Below the pieces are notes generated by a model that worked only from the letters and a program-made list of their open reading frames with translations, was not told where the DNA came from and made no database searches. From NCBI GenBank assembly GCA_029907105.1, contig JARYMM010000004.1:65364-129363 (forward strand): a stretch of DNA of 64,000 nucleotides, given 5' to 3'. Both the position numbers and the translations under genes were made by a program. The first letter of the stretch is position 1. Each line of letters starts with the position of its first letter. The DNA comes from Anaerolineae bacterium. Its GTDB lineage: Bacteria; Chloroflexota; Anaerolineae; UBA3071. Shown one piece after another: positions 56,439-64,000 of the stretch.

Positions 56439-56649
56439 CGAACTTGATGGCTAAGGCCACAACCAGGGCATAGATAGCGATAGCCTCGGTCAGAGCCAAC
56501 GCCAGGATCAGGTTAGCGCTGATTGACGGCCCGGCCTCAGGGTTGCGCCCCAGCGATCTCATTGCCTCGGTCGAGAACCGACCGATCATTGCCGCTGGCA
56601 CCATGGCTCCCAAGACAATGGTGATCGCTGCCAGTAAGTTTCTGTCCAT
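56431..56649 (-). CDS. atpE: F-type ATP synthase subunit c
   Basis: Two-helix hairpin with LTEAIAIYALVVAL ion-binding glutamate. Confidence 0.85.
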   Translation of the reverse strand: MDRNLLAAITIVLGAMVPAAMIGRFSTEAMRSLGRNPEAGPSISANLILALALTEAIAIYALVVALAIKFVG

Positions 56650-56702
56650 TCTTTCATTCTCCTTTCATAGCTTATCATAAATGGCTTATGACCTGCCGCT
56701 TG

Positions 56703-57569
56703 TTAATGGTGAGTGGTGGCCATCCTCAGAAAGACCAGTGTCAGTGTGGCGAAGATAAAGGCCTGAATGAAGCCAACGAAGAGCTCCAGGAACACAAAAA
56801 TCAAGGTGACAGGATAGGGAATGATGGCCAATTGCCTGAAGATTTGGAAGAAGAGCATGGCGGTGACGATGAGCAGCACTTCGCCAGCGAAGATGTTCCC
56901 GAAGAGCCGGAAGGAAAAGGAAAGCAGCTTGGTCAATTCATCGAAGATCTCCAGCACTCCGATGAAGGCATCAATGACCGCATTCATCAACGTTATGAGC
57001 AGACCCTTGCGCGGTCGCAAACCCACCAGGCTCTTGAAGAAGTCCACAAAGCCGCTCACCCTGACAAACCGACTAACGTAGCGGAAGAAACCCTGGAGCC
57101 TGATGCCATAGATCTGAGTACCAAACACGGAGAACAGGGCCAGAGCAAGCGTGGTATTCAGATCAGTGTTGGCGGAACGAAGGAGGGGAACATAGACCTC
57201 CTCGCCATGATGGTGACCCAAGATGAAGATGCTGCCGAAGCCCGGCAAGATGGCTCCTAACCAGTTGGACAACAGGATGAAGAAGAAAATAGTGGCAGAA
57301 AAAGGGAAGAAAATGCGAGCCTTGTCGCCGGTCCTGGCTTGAGCCACGCTCTTGTAAAACATCTCCAGGACCGTCTCGACAACGTTCTGAAAGCCAGTGG
57401 GGATAAGCTTCATTCTCCTACCGGCAAGGATCGATACGACAATGAGAATGATCATTGTCAGCCAACTGGCGATCATGGAGTTGGTCACAGGGAAACCCAG
57501 GATCTGGAAGACCTTCTCCGCCTCAAGGGTGATCCCAGGCGTGTCCGTTATTGACCCGATTCCAAACAT
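56703..57569 (-). CDS. atpB: F-type ATP synthase subunit a
   Basis: Conserved LSFSFRLFGNIFAGE arginine region; start chosen at MFGIG. Confidence 0.8.
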   Translation of the reverse strand: MFGIGSITDTPGITLEAEKVFQILGFPVTNSMIASWLTMIILIVVSILAGRRMKLIPTGFQNVVETVLEMFYKSVAQARTGDKARIFFPFSATIFFFILLSNWLGAILPGFGSIFILGHHHGEEVYVPLLRSANTDLNTTLALALFSVFGTQIYGIRLQGFFRYVSRFVRVSGFVDFFKSLVGLRPRKGLLITLMNAVIDAFIGVLEIFDELTKLLSFSFRLFGNIFAGEVLLIVTAMLFFQIFRQLAIIPYPVTLIFVFLELFVGFIQAFIFATLTLVFLRMATTHH

Positions 57570-58039
57570 CACGAATCCCCCTTCTTGCCTTCCTCCCTCA
57601 GTTGCCTCGCAAGCAAAAAAGACAAACGATGGATGCCCACCAAGCCAACTACAATCCCAAGAACCGTAAGGAACAGGGTGACCCAGGGGCGAGTCTGCAA
57701 TCTGCCATCGAGCCACAGGCCTAGGAAGAGACCCATCAGGACCGGAGCGACCACCATTAGCCCGGAGCAGGTGACGAACGCCAGAGAACGCAGGATGGCC
57801 CTCGTGGGTATCTCCGCCTTCTGTTTGGCAGCCTCCTGCTCCGCAACTGGGGAAACCAAACGATAACTGCCTACGATAGCAACCAGAGTCCCGACAGCTA
57901 TGAGAACCAGGGTGGCCACAGGAGTGATCCCTAGCCTGCTATCAACCCACAAGCCCAGGAAGAGACAAGCAAGGATCGAGGCGACCACCATCACCCCCAC
58001 CTGTGTAGCGAGGCTTACAGAGCGGAGAATCTCGTACAT
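57569..58039 (-). CDS. atpZ: ATP synthase protein I-like (AtpZ/AtpI), tandemly duplicated
   Basis: Two roughly 70-aa repeats (ILACLFLGLWVDSRLG... and VLMGLFLGLWLDGRLQ...); first gene of the atp cluster. Confidence 0.55.
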   Translation of the reverse strand: MYEILRSVSLATQVGVMVVASILACLFLGLWVDSRLGITPVATLVLIAVGTLVAIVGSYRLVSPVAEQEAAKQKAEIPTRAILRSLAFVTCSGLMVVAPVLMGLFLGLWLDGRLQTRPWVTLFLTVLGIVVGLVGIHRLSFLLARQLREEGKKGDS

Positions 58040-58113
58040 CAGGGTTCCCCAGTCAACTCACCATTCAAGAACAGTATACCACATCCACCTTTGGGAGGCA
58101 AATGAACGATGCC

Positions 58114-59583
58114 TCAAATTGCAAGCAGCCGGGCCACACCTTGCGCCAACTGGATGAATGGCTGCGGGAAGACTCCTATCCCCAGTACCACAGCCATGCA
58201 GACCAGCAGTGCCACGCGCAACTCCGGCGCGGCAGGGATAGGGGCCGCCTCCTTGGGAGGAAGGAAGAACCCCTGCCGCACGACGTTAAAGTAGTAGTAC
58301 AGCGAGATGACGCCATTGAGCACCCCAATGGCGGCCAGCAGGTAGGACTGCGTGCGGATGGCTGAGGCAAAGATGAGCACTTTGCCGAAGAAGCCGGCGG
58401 TGGGCGGGATGCCCACCAGTGACAGGAAGAAGACCACCATTCCTGCCGCCAGCCACGGCGAGCGGCGCATCAATCCCGCATAATCCTCGATCTCATCGGA
58501 GCCGGTGGCATTGGAAAAGGCAATGACCACGGCGAACAGCCCCAGGTTGGCGAACAGGTAGACCAACAGGTAGAGCAGCACACCCTGCAGGCCGTAGTTG
58601 TCGGCCCCCAGGCAAGCCAAACCGATAAGGATGTATCCCGCCTGGGCGATGCTGGAGTAGGCGATCATGCGCTTGATGTTCTTCTGCACGATGGCCACCA
58701 CGTTGCCCAGAGTCATGGTCACGATGGAGATAGCCGCCAGCAGCGCTGTCCAGTCAGCCTCGAACTGCGGCAAACCGATGATCAGTACGCGCAGCAACAC
58801 GGCGAAGCCGGCCGCCTTCGGCCCGACGGACAGGAAGGCGGTGACCGGCGTGGGAGCGCCCTCGTAGGCGTCGGGTGCCCACTGGTGGAAGGGCACGGCG
58901 GCGATCTTGAAGCCCAGGCCGGCGAAGAGCAAAACCATGGCCGCAAACACTACCCAGTGCAGCTCGCTCATGCTCGCCGGATCGCTGAAGAACTCGGCGA
59001 TGCCGCGCAGGTCTGTCGTGCCGGTGATGCCGTAGAACAACGACATGCCATAAAGCATCGCCGCCGAGACGATGGCCCCGTATAGGAAGTATTTGATGGC
59101 CGCCTCGTTGGACTTGGCATCGCCTCGCAGGTAACCGGTGAGCACGTACGAAGTGACGCTTAGCAGCTCGACGGAGATGTAGATGAGCACCAGGTTGGTG
59201 GCGGCCGCCATCAAGGCGATACCTAGCGCGGCAAAAAGCAGGAAAGCGTAAAACTCGCCGCGATACGGGGTCTTGCCGCGCACAAACTCCACCGAGAAAA
59301 CGACCACCAGGGCGGCGACCAGGACGGCCATAAGGCAGATGAACATCGCCAGAGCGTCCACATCGAGCATGGTCGCCAGCGCCGAAACGCCACCGCCCAG
59401 CCCCCTCCAGACGACGATCACCGCCGCCAGCGCACCACCGAGCCCGACCAGGGTCAGATAAGGCAGCCAGTCTTTCTTGCCCTCGTCATCCTTCCAGATC
59501 ATGTCCAGGAGCAGGATACCCAGACCTCCGGCCAAGAGGACGAGTTCCGGTGAAAGCAAGGCGAGCGTCTTTGCAAGCGTCAA
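58114..59583 (-). CDS. nuoN: NADH-quinone oxidoreductase subunit N
   Basis: 489-aa antiporter-like subunit; last gene of the nuoKLMN run. Confidence 0.8.
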   Translation of the reverse strand: MTLAKTLALLSPELVLLAGGLGILLLDMIWKDDEGKKDWLPYLTLVGLGGALAAVIVVWRGLGGGVSALATMLDVDALAMFICLMAVLVAALVVVFSVEFVRGKTPYRGEFYAFLLFAALGIALMAAATNLVLIYISVELLSVTSYVLTGYLRGDAKSNEAAIKYFLYGAIVSAAMLYGMSLFYGITGTTDLRGIAEFFSDPASMSELHWVVFAAMVLLFAGLGFKIAAVPFHQWAPDAYEGAPTPVTAFLSVGPKAAGFAVLLRVLIIGLPQFEADWTALLAAISIVTMTLGNVVAIVQKNIKRMIAYSSIAQAGYILIGLACLGADNYGLQGVLLYLLVYLFANLGLFAVVIAFSNATGSDEIEDYAGLMRRSPWLAAGMVVFFLSLVGIPPTAGFFGKVLIFASAIRTQSYLLAAIGVLNGVISLYYYFNVVRQGFFLPPKEAAPIPAAPELRVALLVCMAVVLGIGVFPQPFIQLAQGVARLLAI

Positions 59584-59771
59584 GGGCTAACCTCCGAAAT
59601 CAAACGAATGACCAATGACCAACGCCATCCACTACATCCCGCTCGTCTTTTGTCCTTGGTCGTTGGTCACCAGCCAGTTTGCGGTGCAAACGTGGGGCAG
59701 ATTTCCCAGTCTGTCCTTGAAGCAGGCTAGAAAGCCTGCTCCACATCCCATTACGCACCGCCGCGTACGGG

Positions 59772-61292
59772 CTACAGTTTGGCCAACAACGCAGTCGTGG
59801 CGTCGTTGAGCAGGTTGACGATGAAGGCGGGGTAGACGCCAATGGCAAACATAAAAAGCACCAACGGCCACATGGTCACTTTCTCGAAGGTGGCCATGTC
59901 CACCAGCTTGCCGCCCCAGCGTTCCTCGTTGAACGTGCCCAGGAACATGTACTGGATGATCTTCCACAGGATGTAGCCGGCCGTCACCACGATGCCCACA
60001 GCGCCGATGACAGCGTAGATAGGAATGATATCGAAGGCCCCGCGGAAGACCATGAACTCCGCCCAGAAGCCGGCCAGCCCCGGCAGACCCAAGGAGGCGA
60101 AGCCAGTCACGGCGAAGATGCCGTAGTAGGTGGGCAGTTTGCTGGCCAGCCCGCCGAAGGCTTTCAACTCTCGCGTGTGCGCCTGTTCGTAGATGATGCC
60201 CACGAGGAAGAACAAGCCGCCGGTGATGATACCGTGGTTGAACATCTGCAAAACCGCCCCATTCAAAGCGATGGCCGCGCTCGTTTCCTTCCCCGGCATC
60301 CGCAGCGCAAAGGCCGCCGCGGCGATACCCAACATCACGTAGCCCATGTGGCTCACCGAGGAATAGGCGATGAGACGCTTGAGGTCCCATTGGGCCATGC
60401 AAACGAAGGCCCCGTAGACAATGCTGATCACAGCCAGGATGCCGACGACCCAGGCATAGTAACTGAAGGCTTCGGAGAAGATTGGCAAGGCGATACGTAC
60501 CATACCGTAGGCCCCCAGCTTCAGCAGGATGCCCGCCAGGATCACACTGCCGGCTGTGGGGGCCTCCGTATGGGCATCAGGCAGCCAGGTGTGGAAGGGG
60601 AAGGAAGGCACCTTGATAGCGAAGCCGACGAAGAAGGCCCAAAAGGCCAGGCTCACCGGGACAATGTTGGCGGCGAAGGGACGTATCAGATGAAACTTCT
60701 CTGTGGCTTCGAGGATATCGAAACTGCCCACATTGAAGTAGACGTAGAGAATGGCCAGCAGCATGGCAACGCTGCCGATCAGCGTGTAGAGGAAGAACTT
60801 GATCGCCGCGTATTCCCGTCGCGCCCCGCCCCAGATGCCGATGAGAAAATACATGGGCACCAGGCCGATCTCCCAGAAAACGTAGAAGAGCACGAAGTCC
60901 AGAGACATGAAGACGCCGTACATGCCCATCTGCAGCAGCAGAAAGAACAGGTAGTACTCTTTGACCTGCTTCTTGATGGTGTAGGCGGAGTAGAAGTGAG
61001 ACAGCGTGCTCAAGAGCGAGGTCAGGAAGACCAGGGGCACGCTGATTCCGTCCACCCCCACATGGTAGCGGATCTTCAGTACGGGGATCCAGTTGTAGAT
61101 CTCCTCGAACTGCATCCCGCCTGCCGAGCGCGTGTAAGCGATCCACAGGTAGATGGATAGCGCCAGGGGAATGAAGCTGAGGACAATGGAAAACCAGCGG
61201 ATCAGTTGCTCCTTCTCCTTGGGTATGAGCCAAACGACGATTGCTCCCAGCAAGGGAAAGAATAGGATCACGGTCAGAAGCGGAAAGCCCAT
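59772..61292 (-). CDS. nuoM: NADH-quinone oxidoreductase subunit M
   Basis: 506-aa antiporter-like subunit. Confidence 0.85.
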   Translation of the reverse strand: MGFPLLTVILFFPLLGAIVVWLIPKEKEQLIRWFSIVLSFIPLALSIYLWIAYTRSAGGMQFEEIYNWIPVLKIRYHVGVDGISVPLVFLTSLLSTLSHFYSAYTIKKQVKEYYLFFLLLQMGMYGVFMSLDFVLFYVFWEIGLVPMYFLIGIWGGARREYAAIKFFLYTLIGSVAMLLAILYVYFNVGSFDILEATEKFHLIRPFAANIVPVSLAFWAFFVGFAIKVPSFPFHTWLPDAHTEAPTAGSVILAGILLKLGAYGMVRIALPIFSEAFSYYAWVVGILAVISIVYGAFVCMAQWDLKRLIAYSSVSHMGYVMLGIAAAAFALRMPGKETSAAIALNGAVLQMFNHGIITGGLFFLVGIIYEQAHTRELKAFGGLASKLPTYYGIFAVTGFASLGLPGLAGFWAEFMVFRGAFDIIPIYAVIGAVGIVVTAGYILWKIIQYMFLGTFNEERWGGKLVDMATFEKVTMWPLVLFMFAIGVYPAFIVNLLNDATTALLAKL

Positions 61293-61343
61293 GTTGTTTC
61301 CTCCTTGGAACTTAGTTCTATGTCTTCTTCTCGCTATCGCCTG

Positions 61344-63578
61344 TTACCGCAGCAGATACACGGCCACCAACAGGATCAAGGCCGCGACAACCACCAGGGC
61401 GTAGTTCTGCACCCGGCCGGTCTGGATGAGCCGGAAGGCCCGGCCCACCCGTTCGGTGAACCAGCCGCTGAAGTTCACCAACCCGTCTACGATGTGCAGG
61501 TCAATCCAATCCCAGGCCGCTGACAGCGCCGCGCCGGTCCGTCCGACCAGGTTCACCGCGCTGTCAATGATGGGCATGTCCACGAAGTGGAAAAGGGCGA
61601 CGGACAGGGCCACTCCCACCTTCCCTGCCAGGTTGACTGCTCCATCAATGACTGGCAGATCAAAGAAACGATATAGCCCAGAAGCGAGAGCTGCGCCCCC
61701 TCTGCCCACAGCGTTGACCAGGGGATCAATCACCCAGCGGTTGTCGAACTTAAAGAAAAGCTCGGCCAGGCCAATGGCACCCCGCACCACGGTAGCCTGG
61801 TACAATTCGTCGAAGTAGTACTTGTTCTTGAGCACCGTGTGCACCGGCCCCAGCGCTTTCACCAGCGGATCGGGCTGGCCTTTGGCCAACGGTTTGCGCC
61901 CGTACACCAGCCAGCCGAAGAAGAGGCCGGACACGGCCAGCACTGCCGAGAGCAACATCACCGGCACACTGAGCGGCGTGGCCGCAAACTCGTGCCCCAC
62001 GAAGTGATGGAACCAGTTGCGCCCGTGGCCGATGATCTCCTCCGGAATGCCGGCAAAGCCCAGCGTCAGGGCGAAGAAAGCCAGCAGCATCAGCGGCACA
62101 GTCATGCTGTGCGGCGTCTCATGAGCGTGCTCAGCGTGGTGGCTGCGCGGCTGGCCCAGGAAGGTCAGACTGATCTGCCGGCCGGTATAGAAAGCAGTCA
62201 AGAAAGCAGCAATGGTCAGCAGCAGCCAGACGTAGAAAGGCCAGGAGACCACGCCCTCGTGCATGAACCCTTCCCAGGCGTGGGCCAGGATCTCATCTTT
62301 GCTCCAGAAGCCGGCAGTGATGAGAGGGAAGCCGGAAAGGGCAAAGGCGCCGGCGACAAAGGTCCAGAAGGTGATAGGCATCTTCTGGCGCAAGCCGCCC
62401 ATGTGCATCATGTCCTGCTCGTGATGGCAGCCGATGATCACCGAGCCGGAGCCCAGAAAGAGCAGCGCCTTGAAGAAGGAATGGGTGATCAGGTGAAAGG
62501 CGCCGGCCACGTAGGCGCCAATGCCCAACGCGGCGATCATGTAGCCGAGCTGGCTGATGGTGGAGTAGGCCAGCACCTTCTTGATGTCGTTCTGGGCCAC
62601 GGCGATGGTGGAGGCAAACAAGGCCGTGAAGGCCCCGATGAAGGCCACCACACCGACCTGCGGCCCATGCTCCACCGCAGCGAACAGCGGGAACATGCGC
62701 GCCACCAGGTACACACCAGCCGAGACCATGGTCGCCGCATGGATGAGCGCCGAGACGGGGGTGGGGCCCTCCATGGCGTCAGGAAGCCAGACGTGCAGCG
62801 GGAACTGCGCCGACTTGCCCACCGCCCCGCCGAAGATGAGGATGGCGATAACCGTGGCCACCGGCAACGTCCCCACCAGCGGCAGCGTTACCTGCGCCTC
62901 CGCCAGCATGTGCAAGGTCTCGTGCGAGAAAATGTGCTCGAAGGTCAGGTTGCCCACGCGGGAATAGAGGAAAAGCATGCCCAGCAGCATGATCACGTCG
63001 CCAATGCGGGTGGTGATGAAGGCCTTCAGCCCCGCCTGCTTGGGCGTGATCTGCCTGGGGTCGGGGTATTTCTTCTCAAACCAGAAGCCGATGAGCAGGT
63101 ACGAACAGAGCCCCATGATTTCCCAGAAAATAAAGAGCAACAGCAGGTTATCGGCGAGGATCAGCCCCAGCATCCCCGTGGCGAAGAGGGAGATGTAGGC
63201 GAAGAAACGGGAGTAGCGGGGATCCACGTGCTCAGTGCCGTACCCCATGTAGCCCACGGAGTAGATGAAGATCATCAGGCAGACAAAGGGCACCATGAAG
63301 AGCATGATCGCCGTCAGCGGGTCAATCATCACCCCCGTCTCGAACCAGGTGTTCCCCGTGGGGAACCAATCAAAGGTCAGCCGGACGGGATGTTCGCCGA
63401 AGTGCGGCGTGAAGACAGCAGTAAAGAAGGTAAGCCAGCCGAGGATCCAGGAGAGGCCAATGCCGCCGATGGCCAGGCTGTGGCTCAGTTTCTTGTTGGG
63501 ATTGGCCCCCAGCACGATAAGCACGAAGGCCGTGAAAGGAAACAGAGGGATGAGCCAGAGAAGATTGAACATGAACAT
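61344..63578 (-). CDS. nuoL: NADH-quinone oxidoreductase subunit L, unusually long (744 aa) with a repeated lateral-helix motif
   Basis: Antiporter-like core plus a C-terminus with four ID-x2-VN-x2-G units and then the RLIQTGRVQNYAL terminal motif. Confidence 0.85.
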   Translation of the reverse strand: MFMFNLLWLIPLFPFTAFVLIVLGANPNKKLSHSLAIGGIGLSWILGWLTFFTAVFTPHFGEHPVRLTFDWFPTGNTWFETGVMIDPLTAIMLFMVPFVCLMIFIYSVGYMGYGTEHVDPRYSRFFAYISLFATGMLGLILADNLLLLFIFWEIMGLCSYLLIGFWFEKKYPDPRQITPKQAGLKAFITTRIGDVIMLLGMLFLYSRVGNLTFEHIFSHETLHMLAEAQVTLPLVGTLPVATVIAILIFGGAVGKSAQFPLHVWLPDAMEGPTPVSALIHAATMVSAGVYLVARMFPLFAAVEHGPQVGVVAFIGAFTALFASTIAVAQNDIKKVLAYSTISQLGYMIAALGIGAYVAGAFHLITHSFFKALLFLGSGSVIIGCHHEQDMMHMGGLRQKMPITFWTFVAGAFALSGFPLITAGFWSKDEILAHAWEGFMHEGVVSWPFYVWLLLTIAAFLTAFYTGRQISLTFLGQPRSHHAEHAHETPHSMTVPLMLLAFFALTLGFAGIPEEIIGHGRNWFHHFVGHEFAATPLSVPVMLLSAVLAVSGLFFGWLVYGRKPLAKGQPDPLVKALGPVHTVLKNKYYFDELYQATVVRGAIGLAELFFKFDNRWVIDPLVNAVGRGGAALASGLYRFFDLPVIDGAVNLAGKVGVALSVALFHFVDMPIIDSAVNLVGRTGAALSAAWDWIDLHIVDGLVNFSGWFTERVGRAFRLIQTGRVQNYALVVVAALILLVAVYLLR

Positions 63579-63579
63579 C

Positions 63580-63897
63580 CTATCCTCTCAACAAATCAAT
63601 TTCCTCGACGTTCACGGTGTCCCGCGAGCGGTAGATGGCAATGACCAAAGCCAGGCCGACGGCCACCTCGGCGGCGGCCACGGTCATCACGAAGATGGCG
63701 AAGAGCTGCCCGGTCAGCATCTGCGGCCGGACATAGCGCCAGAAGGCCACCAGGTTGATGTTCACGGCGTTGAGCATGAGCTCGATGCCCATCAGGATGC
63801 CGATGGCATTGCGCCGCGCCAGCGCCCCGTACAGGCCGATACAGAACAAGGCGGCGGCGACGATAAGATACCACGCTAAGGGGATTACCATTTCCAT
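63580..63897 (-). CDS. nuoK: NADH-quinone oxidoreductase subunit K
   Basis: 105 aa, 3 TM, conserved EVAVGLAL. Confidence 0.85.
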   Translation of the reverse strand: MEMVIPLAWYLIVAAALFCIGLYGALARRNAIGILMGIELMLNAVNINLVAFWRYVRPQMLTGQLFAIFVMTVAAAEVAVGLALVIAIYRSRDTVNVEEIDLLRG

Positions 63898-64000
63898 CCG
63901 CTCCCATTTGACAAATGCGATTTTCTGTGCTATACTTTTGTTTGGAACCGGGTGACCTGGTGAATCCCTGGCACACCACCAGGGTGTAAGCAGGTTGTGT

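Overview
This 64-kb window comes from a high-GC (roughly 65-70%) bacterial chromosome. Lower-GC (~50%) islands sit at 1-2230, around 36290-36600 and around 54700-58100.

Most of the window is housekeeping. There is an rpsO-pnp operon, lepB, an ECF transporter operon, leuCD, tyrA, hutH, selB, birA and murE. There are three tRNAs (Leu-CAG, fMet, Met) with near-consensus sigma70 promoters. A partial F-type ATPase operon (atpZ-B-E-F-H) and nuoK-L-M-N are also present.

The stand-out system is a complete diversity-generating retroelement (DGR) at 17424-22529 on the minus strand. Its order is target gene, then VR, TR, a spacer with GC-rich palindromes, the reverse transcriptase, and Avd. The target encodes a coiled-coil, a STAND NTPase and a C-terminal FGE/C-type-lectin-fold domain that carries the variable repeat. 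The template repeat is about 133 bp. All 18 TR/VR differences in the mutagenic region fall at template adenines.

Other notable loci:
- A low-GC restriction-modification island at the window start.
- A Ser/Thr kinase and FHA-winged-helix regulator pair next to a giant GT-C glycosyltransferase with PA14 and NPCBM domains.
- A cluster of GT-C membrane glycosyltransferases with Ppm1-like and DegT-like genes, which looks like a protein O-mannosylation-type locus.
- A degraded MntA/HepT toxin-antitoxin remnant upstream of selB.
- A NuoL with a quadruplicated lateral-helix motif.

The window is also full of short repeats. Heptanucleotide tandem repeats and small palindromic elements occur in intergenic regions. 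Several are inserted in frame inside genes (murE, hutH, the DGR target and GT-C genes). There are three copies of a GTAGGACAA palindrome, two copies of a bipartite conserved element, and a candidate three-stem structured element flanked by 12-bp inverted repeats.
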